From: Gammaproteobacteria bacterium
GTDB lineage: Bacteria > Pseudomonadota > Gammaproteobacteria > PS1 > Pseudothioglobaceae
Direction: 5' to 3'
DNA: 64,000 bases
Assembly (NCBI GenBank): GCA_965277055.1
Contig: OZ255703.1
Coordinates: 1,181,695-1,245,694 of the forward strand
Shown: positions 1 through 10,405 of the stretch, in pieces
Layout of the letters: each line of letters begins with the position of its first letter
Position numbering within the stretch: the first letter of the stretch is position 1
Notes under the pieces: generated by a model
Database searches by the model: none
Seen by the model: only the letters and a program-made list of their open reading frames with translations
What the model was told of the DNA's origin: nothing
Position numbers and translations under genes: made by a program

Positions 1-464
1 GCGCTACTACTGATAATCTCTACGTGCCACTTATTACGTTCAGCATAGCGAGAGTACATTTTAAATAAGTCACCAGTGAAAATACTTGCTTCATCTCCCC
101 CTGTGCCTGCCCGTACTTCTAAAATAATATTGCGGTTATCATATTTATCTTTAGGTAGAAGTGCCGCTTTTAACTTAAATTCCAACTTTTCAATTAGGGC
201 AGTATTAGTACTGATTTCCTCTTTTGCGAGTTCTTTGAGTTCTGCGTCTTCTTCACTGAGCATTTCTTTGGCAGTTGCTAGATTGTCTTCTGCCTCGGTA
301 AACTCAGTAAATAACTTCACAATAGGCGTGAGTTCTGCATGCTCAATAGAATACTCTTTAAATTGCTCTTGGTTACTGACAATAGTACTATCAGATAACA
401 TTGCCTCTACCTCTTCTAGGCGGAGTACAAGTTGTTGGAGTTTGCTATAAATATTAGGATTCAT
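1..464 (-). CDS. prfA: peptide chain release factor 1, N-terminal part (3' end lies beyond window start)
   Basis: Absent from ORF track because it is open at the edge. Reverse translation from ATG 464-462 gives MNPNIYSKLQQLVLRLEEVEAMLSD...LLPKDKYDNRNIILEVRAGTGGDEASIFTGDLFKMYSRYAE, which fits the RF-1 N-terminal pattern. Classic hemA-prfA order. Confidence 0.85.
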   Translation of the reverse strand, partial: MNPNIYSKLQQLVLRLEEVEAMLSDSTIVSNQEQFKEYSIEHAELTPIVKLFTEFTEAEDNLATAKEMLSEEDAELKELAKEEISTNTALIEKLEFKLKAALLPKDKYDNRNIILEVRAGTGGDEASIFTGDLFKMYSRYAERNKWHVEIISSS

Positions 465-465
465 A

Positions 466-1746
466 TTAGTTGGTTTGCACCGTTATATCTATGTGTTCTG
501 GGATACAGCCTTGGCACTGATCAATTTGCTTAATATCCAGAGATTTGATATTTTGTAAGTTATTATGAATGAGTTTATTAGTTAATTGGTCTGCTAGCTT
601 GGTGAGTACTTCATTGGGATTTTTGGATTCTAGATCTTTGAGTGCTTGAGTAATGAGCTCCGTTTTCACTATTTGGGCGTGTTGATGATAATGTTTTATC
701 AACTCTTTGTGTTCTTGATGAGCAAGTTCGTTGATATATGCTGCATTAAGTTCGTTGATTTTAGCGAGAGCGAGTTCTTTAGTTTCTGCTCTATTTTGCT
801 CATTTTCTTGAATGACTTGTTTGAGGTCATCTACAGTATATAAAAACACATCATCAAGCTCTGCGACCTGTGCCTCTACATCACGCGGGATAGCAATGTC
901 TAAAATAAACATAGGCTTACGCTTACGTTTTTTAATGCTACTTTCTACCAAGCCTTTGCCAATAATTGCCACTTCAGCGGCAGTGGAGCTAATCACAATA
1001 TCACCTTGGTGAAAGTACTCACAAAGTTGCTTGATGCTGATAATTTCTACAGAAACATCACTGAGTTCTGCCAAAATTTTCTCTGCATTTTTGGGGGTTC
1101 TATTGGCGATGATAATATGCTTAATGTGTTTTGCTGCCAAGTGCTTAGCACTTAATTCAATCATCTCACCAGAGCCAATTAGTAGAGCAGTATGATGTGA
1201 TAAATCAGCAAATATTTTTTGACTGAGCTTTACTCCCAAAAAGGCAACAGATACTGGATTTTTGCCAATATCGGTAGTAGTACGAATTTTTTTAGCAACA
1301 CTAAATGCATGTTGAAATACGTGGTCTAACTCTGAGCCGAGCGCATCCATGTCTTTGGCAATATTATAACTATCTTTAAGTTGCCCTAGTATTTGAGGCT
1401 CTCCCACTACAAGTGAATGCAGTCCAGAGGCAACTTGACACAAGTGATGAATAGCATCCGCACCTTCATAACATTCTATATAGTTGCGTAACGTATCAGC
1501 TGACAGGTGATGATACTGAGCTAAAAACTCTGTGAGTTGATCTTGGGCATTACTCGCATTACTCGCAGAAGTGCTAATATACATTTCTAAGCGATTACAC
1601 GTAGAAAGAATCGCACTACCAGCGATAGAGTCGTTGGACAGAAGCTCAGATGTTGCACGAGAAATATCACTTTGACTAAAGGCGACTTTCTCGCGAATAG
1701 CTACTGGAGTCTTGGTATGATTAATGCTAAGAGCAACAAGTGCCAC
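466..1746 (-). CDS. hemA: glutamyl-tRNA reductase
   Basis: 426 aa; N-terminus MALVALSINHTKTPVAIREKVAF and SxCNR (STCNRLEMY) active-site motif typical of HemA; followed by prfA. Confidence 0.9.
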   Translation of the reverse strand: MALVALSINHTKTPVAIREKVAFSQSDISRATSELLSNDSIAGSAILSTCNRLEMYISTSASNASNAQDQLTEFLAQYHHLSADTLRNYIECYEGADAIHHLCQVASGLHSLVVGEPQILGQLKDSYNIAKDMDALGSELDHVFQHAFSVAKKIRTTTDIGKNPVSVAFLGVKLSQKIFADLSHHTALLIGSGEMIELSAKHLAAKHIKHIIIANRTPKNAEKILAELSDVSVEIISIKQLCEYFHQGDIVISSTAAEVAIIGKGLVESSIKKRKRKPMFILDIAIPRDVEAQVAELDDVFLYTVDDLKQVIQENEQNRAETKELALAKINELNAAYINELAHQEHKELIKHYHQHAQIVKTELITQALKDLESKNPNEVLTKLADQLTNKLIHNNLQNIKSLDIKQIDQCQGCIPEHIDITVQTN

Positions 1747-1887
1747 TGAGAATTTGTAGGTGGTTAAAGATATATAATTATACGTTAAATTCTGGTAAAA
1801 TTCACCCCTTATCTTTCATCTGGTCGCGGTTGAAAGGTAGGGTAGTAGAGGTTATCTACTTATTTTTTCCCTTTTTGGAGAAGTATT

Positions 1888-2511
1888 ATGAGCATTACAA
1901 TTAATGCAACCACAAGAGATACCAGAGGAAAAGGTGCGAGCCGCCGTCTTCGTAAAGAACACAGAATTCCTGCTATTGTATATGGTGCGAGTAAAGACGC
2001 CCAAAATGTATCATTAGATACCTTTGAAATCAGTCATTTACTAGACTTTGATGATGATATTTACTCATCAATCTTAGAACTTAGTATTGATGGTAAAAAA
2101 GCAGAGAAAGTCATCTTAAAAGACATGCAGCGTCACCCCGCACAAAATGTGGTTACCCACATGGATTTCCAACGAGTAAGTGCAAAAACAGCAATCACTA
2201 CAGCAGTTCCTATTGTGCTCACTGGTATGAGTGAAAATGCTGATATTCGTTTAGGTGCGATTATCAATAAGTTTATTGATATGGTTGAAATCAAGTGTTT
2301 ACCTAAAGATTTACCATCATCAATTGAATTAAATATTTCTGAGCTTCCAATTGGCGGTAGTGTGCGCCTGAGTAGTTTAGAAGTTGATAAAAAAGTAATT
2401 ATTACTGCACTTAATCACAATGATGATTCGCATGATCAAACTGTTGTATCACTTTCTGCACCGAAAATCAAGCGTGAGAAGAAAGCAGGCGGTTCTGATT
2501 CAGATGGATAA
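1888..2511 (+). CDS. rplY: 50S ribosomal protein L25 / Ctc form
   Basis: 207 aa; RGKGASRRLRKEHRIPAIVYG N-terminus; rplY-pth-ychF synteny. Confidence 0.9.
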   Translation: MSITINATTRDTRGKGASRRLRKEHRIPAIVYGASKDAQNVSLDTFEISHLLDFDDDIYSSILELSIDGKKAEKVILKDMQRHPAQNVVTHMDFQRVSAKTAITTAVPIVLTGMSENADIRLGAIINKFIDMVEIKCLPKDLPSSIELNISELPIGGSVRLSSLEVDKKVIITALNHNDDSHDQTVVSLSAPKIKREKKAGGSDSDG

Positions 2512-2554
2512 GACGCAGCAGCAGAATAATCTAACATATATGTAATCCGATAAT

Positions 2555-3133
2555 ATGGCTATTACTTTGATTGTGGGTCTGGGTAATCCAGATGATACGT
2601 ATCAGCATAATAGGCATAATATTGGATTTCATTTTGTCAATGCTATTGCCCATTTACATGGTGGCAGTTGGAAATTAGAAAAAAAATTCTTTGGTGCTTT
2701 AGCCAGCATTACTCTAGGTGAGTCTCAGGTGCTATTACTCAAACCAACGACCTATATGAATGATTCTGGGAAGTCAGTCGTAGCAGTAGTTAAGTATTAT
2801 TCTTTAGATACTCAGCAAGTATTAGTAGCCCATGATGAGCTTGATTTAAACTTAGGCACGACCAAACTCAAATATTCTGGTGGACACGGTGGACATAATG
2901 GCTTGCGTGATATTTCTGCAAAAATCACTAAAGATTATTATCGTCTGCGTATCGGCATTGGTCGTCCACCCGTAGGATGGGAGGTGGCGAAGTTTGTGCT
3001 CAGTAACCCATCTACCAAAGAATTTGAAGTATTAATCGAAAGTATGTTACCAAGCATAGAACATATAGAAGATATTGTCCAGCACACTGAACAGACAATG
3101 AAAGTCATTAACACACCACAAATAAAAGGATAA
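2555..3133 (+). CDS. pth: peptidyl-tRNA hydrolase
   Basis: 192 aa; LIVGLGNPDDTYQHNRHNIGF and GGHGGHNGLRDI motifs. Confidence 0.92.
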   Translation: MAITLIVGLGNPDDTYQHNRHNIGFHFVNAIAHLHGGSWKLEKKFFGALASITLGESQVLLLKPTTYMNDSGKSVVAVVKYYSLDTQQVLVAHDELDLNLGTTKLKYSGGHGGHNGLRDISAKITKDYYRLRIGIGRPPVGWEVAKFVLSNPSTKEFEVLIESMLPSIEHIEDIVQHTEQTMKVINTPQIKG

Positions 3134-3136
3134 ATT

Positions 3137-4228
3137 ATGGGCGTAAAGTGCGGTATTGTCGGCTTGCCGAATGTTGGAAAATCAACCTTATTTAATGCAC
3201 TTACAAATGCAGGCATTGCTAGTAGTAATTACCCATTTTGCACAATTGAGCCGAATACTGGGGTAGTAGCTGTGAGTGATGAACGTCTAGATACTATCGT
3301 AGAAATGGTACAACCAGAAAAAGTTATTCCAACCACTATGGAGTTTGTAGATATTGCAGGATTAGTGGAAGGTGCATCCAAGGGCGAAGGACTTGGGAAT
3401 AAATTTTTAGCAAATATTCGCGAAACTACTGCGATTATTCATGTAGTCAGATGCTTTGAGAGTGAGGATATTATCCATGTCGCAGGTAAAGTATCTCCTC
3501 TTGATGATATTGAAACAATCAATACTGAGCTGATACTTGCTGACCTTGAACAAGTAGAAAAATCATATCAAAAAGCGCTCAAAAACTCCAAATCCGGCAA
3601 TAAAGATGGGGTGCCACTGAAACATCTTTTAGAAAAAATCTTACCCGTATTAGAATCGGGTAATCCCGTACGCAGTATTGATTTTGATGAAGAGGAGGCA
3701 AAAGTGCTTTCTACTATTCAACTCCTGACCACTAAAAAAGTACTCTATGTGGCAAATGTCAGTGAAGATGGGTTTGAGAATAATCCGCATTTAGATATAG
3801 TCACTGAGTATGCTCAAAAAGAAGGTGCAGAAGTCGTGAGTATTTGTGCAGACATTGAACAAGAAATTGCCGCACTTGAGCCTGAAGAAAAAAAAGAATT
3901 TTTGAGTGAAATTGGGCAGACTCAAACAGGATTAGAGCGACTTATTTTTGCTAGTTATAAACTACTGGGGCTCCAAACCTACTTTACTGCAGGACCAAAA
4001 GAAGCCAGAGCATGGACTATTAACATCGGTGATACCGCTCCTAAGGCTGCAGGGAAAATCCACACTGACTTTGAAAAAGGGTTCATTCGAGCAGAAACCA
4101 TAGGATATGACGATTTTGTAGCATGCGAAGGCGAGAAGGGTGCTAAAGAGCAGGGAAAAATGCGAGTAGAGGGTAAGGAGTATATAGTTGCCGACGGGGA
4201 TATTATGCACTTCCTCTTTAACAACTAA
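3137..4228 (+). CDS. ychF: ribosome-binding ATPase YchF
   Basis: 363 aa; [19 protein letters not shown]-loop, C-terminal TGS-like [12 protein letters not shown] motif. Confidence 0.93.
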   Translation: MGVKCGIVGLPNVGKSTLFNALTNAGIASSNYPFCTIEPNTGVVAVSDERLDTIVEMVQPEKVIPTTMEFVDIAGLVEGASKGEGLGNKFLANIRETTAIIHVVRCFESEDIIHVAGKVSPLDDIETINTELILADLEQVEKSYQKALKNSKSGNKDGVPLKHLLEKILPVLESGNPVRSIDFDEEEAKVLSTIQLLTTKKVLYVANVSEDGFENNPHLDIVTEYAQKEGAEVVSICADIEQEIAALEPEEKKEFLSEIGQTQTGLERLIFASYKLLGLQTYFTAGPKEARAWTINIGDTAPKAAGKIHTDFEKGFIRAETIGYDDFVACEGEKGAKEQGKMRVEGKEYIVADGDIMHFLFNN

Positions 4229-4395
4229 CTACGTCTTTTGAGTTTTTACTTTGTTGTACTGCGAAAAACATTCAGTCATTTACTACCAGTAAACTCCTTC
4301 ATCTTTTTCTTGTGCGCCTCGTAAAATTCTCAAAATACTTGTTAGTAAGAAAGTGTGTCGGTTTATTTTATGCACATTTTGCATAATTTTAGGTG

Positions 4396-5202
4396 CTATT
4401 GTAGTAGGTCAATAATGGTATCCAACCCACCAAACTCAATGCAAATATCAGCGTAGTCTTTAACTACTTGTTTAGCGTGGTATGCTACTGAAAGTCCTGA
4501 TATGTTCATCATTTTAAGATCATTTGCCCCATCTCCACAGGTAATAATTTGGCTGTTATCATAGGGCAAGTTATCTATAAACTTGGCTTTTTCACTGGCA
4601 TTTATGATCGTCCCTAACGCCCTGCCTGTTAGGGTATGGTTGTGTTCCTCAAGAGTGTTTGAGAGGTGAGCATTTAATCCAAGCTCATGAGAAATACGAC
4701 CAGTAAAGTAGGTAAACCCACCAGAGACCACTGCAGTGTAGATATTTTGCTGATGTAAAAAATTCATGAGCTCTCTAGCTCCTGGGTTAAGAGTTAGTTT
4801 ATTAGTATATACTTGTTCAAGTACATTTACATCTAGCCCCTCTAGGAGTGCTACCCGTGCACGTAATGACTCGTTAAAGTCTAGCTCACCACGCATTGCT
4901 TGTTCGGTGATAGCTGCTACTTGTGGCTTGAGGTTCGCATAATCTGCAATTTCATCAATACACTCAATGCTAATTAGGGTAGAGTCCATATCAGTCACAA
5001 ATGCTTTTACTTGTGCTGGGTCAAAATGTTCTGGCAGGAGATTTATATCCACCTGATAGGTTGCTCTTAATAAGGCTAATTCTACTGGTTTATCTGTCTG
5101 AAAGCGATAGTGTGTACCGAGTGAGATAAGAGTACTCTTAGTAAGGTCTGCAATATCCTCTGCAACTTGAGTATTTTGAGTATGAATGAGATAGGTATTC
5201 AT
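4396..5202 (-). CDS. serB: phosphoserine phosphatase
   Basis: 268 aa HAD enzyme; DMDSTLISIECIDEIA and GDGANDLKMM motifs as in SerB. Confidence 0.8.
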   Translation of the reverse strand: MNTYLIHTQNTQVAEDIADLTKSTLISLGTHYRFQTDKPVELALLRATYQVDINLLPEHFDPAQVKAFVTDMDSTLISIECIDEIADYANLKPQVAAITEQAMRGELDFNESLRARVALLEGLDVNVLEQVYTNKLTLNPGARELMNFLHQQNIYTAVVSGGFTYFTGRISHELGLNAHLSNTLEEHNHTLTGRALGTIINASEKAKFIDNLPYDNSQIITCGDGANDLKMMNISGLSVAYHAKQVVKDYADICIEFGGLDTIIDLLQ

Positions 5203-5591
5203 TTAAGAGATAACAATAATAATATAGCGATATTTTATCGTCATTGAGGAACATTAAATAACATTGAGCAACAACAAAAAAATAATGACTATTTACATAA
5301 GATACTCAGACAAATATATATCAGCCCCTTTAATAAAACCCAAAGTATAATTAATATATAGTCATATTTTAAATGATGGATTATTAGGGTGGCAGGATAC
5401 TTGCACTTTACAAGGCAAATAGAGAAATGAGGGGATACAGTGATGTGTACCGCTCAAATTTCAATCATCCATAAAGAGAAAATAGATGTGTTAGTAGAAA
5501 ATCAAAAGATTATTATTAATGAGTTATAAGGAGATGAAAAATGATATTAACCCAAAGAATAGGTATTTTTATTCTGTTAGGAGTGTAATTT

Positions 5592-5753
5592 ATGTACAGA
5601 GATGATGAAACTCGCAGACTTGATGCTTATATTAGTGATGGGGAAGTTATGGAAGCCAGAAAAAGAAAAGAAAGACTATCGTTAATTAAAGATTTGATAG
5701 TTATTATTGCATCAGTTAGTACTCTAGCTGTAACAATAATCACTCATTTATGA
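5592..5753 (+). CDS. hypothetical small tail-anchored membrane protein (53 aa)
   Basis: ATG-to-TGA ORF below the track cut-off: MYRDDETRRLDAYISDGEVMEARKRKERLSLIKDLIVIIASVSTLAVTIITHL. It has a charged N-terminal half and one C-terminal hydrophobic helix. No homology recognised. Confidence 0.25.
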   Translation: MYRDDETRRLDAYISDGEVMEARKRKERLSLIKDLIVIIASVSTLAVTIITHL

Positions 5754-5920
5754 TACGAAAAAACCCAAATAATACTTTTTACTGTAGACATACGCCAAGG
5801 GTGAGTAAACGCCACCAAAAACGCTTTAAGAGTAGATAAAAAGAGTAGTGTATGAACGCTATTTATGTGACACGATGAAATGTGCAAGATATGTCATCCA
5901 AAAAAAAGATGAATGTAAGA

Positions 5921-6004
5921 TGGTGCGGAAGGAGAGACTCGAACTCTCACGCCATCGGCACTGGAACCTAAATCCAGCGTGTCTACCAATTCCACCACTC
6001 CCGC
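5921..6004 (-). tRNA. tRNA-Leu (anticodon UAG)
   Basis: Reverse complement GCGGGAGTGGTGGAATTGGTAGACACGCTGGATTTAGGTTCCAGTGCCGATGGCGTGAGAGTTCGAGTCTCTCCTTCCGCACCA. It has a 7-bp acceptor stem, anticodon loop TTTAGGT, a long variable arm, a TTCGAGT T-loop and an encoded CCA. Confidence 0.9.
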
Positions 6005-6159
6005 GCGAAACACACCATTATACCTATTAAAAAACAGTAAAATCAGGGTTTTTCTACTAGTGTTTCACGCGGTGATATTGCCAGTAGTATTGTGATAATG
6101 TACGTAGATTTGTACCGCATACATTTTAAAATAACTAGATACATTTAATTTCGTAGCAT

Positions 6160-7977
6160 ATGTGTGGCATCGTAGGTGGCATCAGCAAACAAAATATTAC
6201 TCCAGTGTTACTTACTGGACTCAAAGCCCTAGAATATAGAGGCTATGATTCTGCGGGTCTTGCTCTGGTGCAAGATGCTCAGATAGTCCGTAAGCGTGCA
6301 GTAGGTAAAGTTGTTGAACTAGAACGTATTATTGATGATACCTGCAAAGGTAATATAGGCATTGCCCATACGCGGTGGGCTACTCATGGCGAACCTACTA
6401 CTGCCAACGCTCACCCACATGTATGTAATAGTTCTATAGCAGTCGTACATAATGGCATTATTGAAAATTATACTGATTTAAAAGAAAAACAACATAATTA
6501 TATATTTAGCTCTGCTACAGATACCGAAACCATTTGCCATGAGGTATTTGAACATCACTCAGGTGATTTACTCAGTGCTGTCATTGAGGCTGTTGATCAT
6601 ATGTATGGTGCCTATGGCATTGGGGTGATTGCCAAAGATAGTGAGCATTTGATTGCTGCCAAACAAGGCTCGCCATTAGTGATTGGGCTGAGTGATAATG
6701 GGAATTACATCGCTTCTGATGTTATGGCGTTGATTGATATTACGAAAAAATTTATCTACCTTGAAGATGGTGATATTGCTGATATTACTCTACATGAAAT
6801 CACTATTTACAATAGTGGTAAGAGAGTCAAGCGTCCTATTATTACTTCCTCGCTTTCTGCGAATGCAGTCCAACTCGGTAATTATAATCACTTTATGCAA
6901 AAAGAGATTTTTGAGCAACCCCAAGCAATTAGCGATACTCTAGAGGGTCGTATTACTGAGGATAGGGTGCTGATTAATAGTTTTGGCTTTAATGCAACTG
7001 CAGTTTTTGCCGCAGCTACTAAGGTGCAAATTATTGCGTGTGGTACGAGTTACCATGCAGGATTGGTAGCAAAATATTGGTTGGAAGAAATCGCCAGAGT
7101 GCCAACTAATATTGAATTAGCAAGTGAGTATCGTTACCGAAATCCGTTGATTTTAGATAATACACTTTTTGTTTTTATTTCTCAAAGTGGGGAGACTGCA
7201 GATACGCTAGAAGCACTCAAAATGGTACAAAAATTATCCCCAAGTAGTAACACGCTAGTGATTTGTAATAATGCTGAATCATCAATGACCCGCATTGCTG
7301 ACTTAGTATTTCTCACTAAAGCAGGTCCTGAAATTGGGGTAGCTTCAACTAAAGCATTTACCACTCAATTAGTTGCACTTTCACTCTTTATGGTCAGTAT
7401 AGGTAAGGTGCGTGGTACTATTACTCCAGAGAGAGAAGCACTGATTGTTAAGGGGTTACTCAGATTATCAGGGCTTATTCATAAGGCACTTGCACAAGAA
7501 GATATCATAAAAGAACTCGCAGCTGATTTAGGTACTTCATTTAATGCTTTATTTTTAGGTCGGGGTACGATGCATGCTATTGCTATGGAAGGCGCACTCA
7601 AACTTAAAGAAATTAGCTACATTCATGCCGAAAGTTACCCTGCGGGGGAATTAAAGCATGGACCTATTGCCCTGATTGATGATAAAACACCAGTGATAGC
7701 AGTAGCACCTAATGATGCATTACTTGATAAACTCAAATCAAATCTCGCTGAGGTGAAGTCTCGCGGTTCGCAAATGATTGTATTTGAGGATGAAGAAGCA
7801 GAAGTTGAGCCAGTAGAAGGAATGAAAATTATTCCGATTACTAAAAATTTAGGACGGATTACCGCACCAATTATTTTTACTATTCCATTGCAATTACTGA
7901 GTTATCACACCGCCTTATTAAAAGGGACAGATGTTGATAAACCACGCAATTTAGCAAAATCCGTAACTGTAGAATAA
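6160..7977 (+). CDS. glmS: glutamine--fructose-6-phosphate aminotransferase
   Basis: 605 aa; MCGIVG Ntn start, two SIS domains, C-terminal KSVTVE. Confidence 0.95.
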   Translation: MCGIVGGISKQNITPVLLTGLKALEYRGYDSAGLALVQDAQIVRKRAVGKVVELERIIDDTCKGNIGIAHTRWATHGEPTTANAHPHVCNSSIAVVHNGIIENYTDLKEKQHNYIFSSATDTETICHEVFEHHSGDLLSAVIEAVDHMYGAYGIGVIAKDSEHLIAAKQGSPLVIGLSDNGNYIASDVMALIDITKKFIYLEDGDIADITLHEITIYNSGKRVKRPIITSSLSANAVQLGNYNHFMQKEIFEQPQAISDTLEGRITEDRVLINSFGFNATAVFAAATKVQIIACGTSYHAGLVAKYWLEEIARVPTNIELASEYRYRNPLILDNTLFVFISQSGETADTLEALKMVQKLSPSSNTLVICNNAESSMTRIADLVFLTKAGPEIGVASTKAFTTQLVALSLFMVSIGKVRGTITPEREALIVKGLLRLSGLIHKALAQEDIIKELAADLGTSFNALFLGRGTMHAIAMEGALKLKEISYIHAESYPAGELKHGPIALIDDKTPVIAVAPNDALLDKLKSNLAEVKSRGSQMIVFEDEEAEVEPVEGMKIIPITKNLGRITAPIIFTIPLQLLSYHTALLKGTDVDKPRNLAKSVTVE

Positions 7978-7978
7978 G

Positions 7979-9178
7979 ATGATTAGTCATAAATTATATT
8001 TTGAAAGTCAATATTCCATGGATATTATTGATCAACTTGCTCGCGAAAAAGAAGCAGTTGGGTACTATAACTTGCCGTATCAAGATACGAGTTATGTTGC
8101 TGAGTATCTTGCTCAGCTTCCTCTTGATGAGATAGAAGTTCTGGTAGTCGTAGGTATTGGTGGGAGTTCCCTTGGTATTCGAGCGGTGTATCATTTTATT
8201 AAGGCGTCTCGCACATTACCGCGAAAATTATATTTTATGGGGAGCACAGACCCGCTTTCTATTACGAATACACTCAATAAAGTTAATATTAAGAAAGCAC
8301 ATTTTATTGTGATTTCAAAATCTGGTACTACTATTGAAACTATTGCCACATATAAATATTTATTGGATTTCATTCCCAAAAATCAGTTTTCGTTTATTAC
8401 TGATGCTGGGTCAAAATTAGATATGCACGCCAGAGAAAATAAACAGATCGTGTGTAATATTCAGCCAAATATTGGTGGTCGGTTTTCTGTATTTAGTATA
8501 GTAGGTATTATTCCATTAGCGTTGGTTGGTATAGATTATCTTGAATTACTCACTGGTGCAAGAAAGGTGAGTGATGCATTTTGGCAAAAACAAAATAGTG
8601 ATATTGTGAAGAAAGCTTATTTTCTAGCCAAACATCAGCACATCTATAATATCAATACCATTTTTAGTTATAGCGATAGTCTAAATTATTTTAATGACTG
8701 GTTTGTTCAGTTGTGGGGTGAGAGTTTAGGTAAAAAACAAGAGCATTCTGAGCTTAATGTGGGACCTACGCCAATTGGGCTTATTGGACCCAAGGATCAG
8801 CATTCATTTCTCCAACTTATTGCTGATGGCACACGTGATAAGACAGTAAGTTTTATTACTATTGCCAATAACACTCAATCTGTAAGTGTGCCGAATATTA
8901 GCCTGACGCATTTAGAAGAACTTGATATGCTTAATGGCTTATCATTTACTGAAATAATTAATAATCAGTCACATAGTACTATGAAAGCACTTCAGCAAAT
9001 GGGTGATATTCCTTTAGAAGAAATTATCTTACATGGGCAAGATGAACATACTATTGGTGAGCTATTATTTTATTATCAACTCTTAACTTCATTAGTAGGC
9101 AAATTACTGGCTATTAATACCTATAACCAACCAGGAGTGGAGCTTGGTAAACAAATTTTAAAAGATACTTTAAGGTGA
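7979..9178 (+). CDS. pgi: glucose-6-phosphate isomerase (short form)
   Basis: 399 aa; GIGGSSLG, ISKSGTTIET, GGRFSV and DQHSFLQL motifs of the PGI/SIS family; starts 1 nt after the glmS stop. Confidence 0.75.
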   Translation: MISHKLYFESQYSMDIIDQLAREKEAVGYYNLPYQDTSYVAEYLAQLPLDEIEVLVVVGIGGSSLGIRAVYHFIKASRTLPRKLYFMGSTDPLSITNTLNKVNIKKAHFIVISKSGTTIETIATYKYLLDFIPKNQFSFITDAGSKLDMHARENKQIVCNIQPNIGGRFSVFSIVGIIPLALVGIDYLELLTGARKVSDAFWQKQNSDIVKKAYFLAKHQHIYNINTIFSYSDSLNYFNDWFVQLWGESLGKKQEHSELNVGPTPIGLIGPKDQHSFLQLIADGTRDKTVSFITIANNTQSVSVPNISLTHLEELDMLNGLSFTEIINNQSHSTMKALQQMGDIPLEEIILHGQDEHTIGELLFYYQLLTSLVGKLLAINTYNQPGVELGKQILKDTLR

Positions 9179-9184
9179 TGTCTT

Positions 9185-10000
9185 ATGATTAATTGTTGTT
9201 TATTTCCTGTAGCAGGACTGGGAACACGTTTTTTACCTGCAACTAAAACAATTCCCAAAGAAATGTTTCCTATTGCCTCTAAACCACTTATTTTATATGC
9301 AGTTCTTGAAGCATTAGATAGTGGCATTACTAATATGGGGTTTATTACCAGTAAACATAAAAAAGCCATTGAAGATTTTTTTGATTACAATGCTGATATT
9401 CATAATATTGTCAAGGGAACAAGTAAAGAGCAATTACTTGATGAAGTATTTTATGCGATTAATCATGCATCATATACCTATACCAGACAACAAGAGCAAA
9501 AAGGGCTTGGTCATGCGATATTACAAGGTGAGCAGCTCTCTAATGGTGACTGCTGTGTCATTTTGCCTGATGATTTATGCGTAAACCCTGATGGTGAAAG
9601 TGTCATACAACAAATGCTCACCCTTTATCGGGAGCATCGTTGCTCTATTGTGGCAGTAGAAGAGATTCCAAAAGAAGAGAGTAATAAATACGGGGTGATT
9701 GATGGCAATGAAATTAGTGAAGGCGTATATGAAATCACTAATATGATTGAAAAACCCGAACCCGAAGAAGCACCAACTAATCTGGCAATTATTGGGCGTT
9801 ATATTTTGACACATGATATTTTTAATATTCTGCATCATACTTCAGTAGGCAAAGGCGGAGAAATTCAAATTACTGATGCATTATTAACACAAGCACAACA
9901 ATCTAAGGTGTTAGCGTATAAGTTTCAGGGGAAACGATTTGATTGTGGATCTATTGATGGATTTATAGATGCTACAAATTATTTTCATCAAAATAATTAA
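9185..10000 (+). CDS. galU: UTP--glucose-1-phosphate uridylyltransferase
   Basis: 271 aa; FPVAGLGTRFLPATKTIPKEM signature. Confidence 0.9.
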   Translation: MINCCLFPVAGLGTRFLPATKTIPKEMFPIASKPLILYAVLEALDSGITNMGFITSKHKKAIEDFFDYNADIHNIVKGTSKEQLLDEVFYAINHASYTYTRQQEQKGLGHAILQGEQLSNGDCCVILPDDLCVNPDGESVIQQMLTLYREHRCSIVAVEEIPKEESNKYGVIDGNEISEGVYEITNMIEKPEPEEAPTNLAIIGRYILTHDIFNILHHTSVGKGGEIQITDALLTQAQQSKVLAYKFQGKRFDCGSIDGFIDATNYFHQNN

Positions 10001-10405
10001 TCGTCTATAGCCCACTATTAATCATGCCTATCACATGAGGTATTAGGGTATTAGCCCAAACATTATATCTTTATGCTTAGTATATTGCTAAAATCAATAC
10101 CACAACATTTAACAACTCATTGTGAATCTGCTGGAATTGATAAATAAAAATCTGTATCTAGGTCATTCGTTTACGAACAGTCAGGATTTTGTCGTACAGA
10201 TAAATACACACAAGGAGTTCACTCTATTGTGGGTTCACCACCTGTAATTACACCACTTATCAAAGCAATTAGACTCATTCTTTTATAGGGTACTAGCATA
10301 TGATATTTACCCAAATTAAGCGATTGTTAGTGTTACTACAGCTCATATTAATGATATAGAGTATTTTGGAGCTATGCTAAAATAAGACTAGTAAAATTTA
10401 ACGGA

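Noticed and set aside
76-450. 124-aa plus-strand ORF at the window start
   Set aside because: Low-complexity Ser/Leu-rich translation lying antisense to a clear prfA reading frame; a shadow ORF.
5848-6030. 60-aa ORF
   Set aside because: It runs straight through the complement of tRNA-Leu and is explained by the tRNA gene.
10001-10405. 405-bp galU-tilS spacer examined for RNA genes or small ORFs
   Set aside because: Only short, weak stems (for example atctgta...tacagat) and a 19-codon ORF were found; nothing reached a level I could support.
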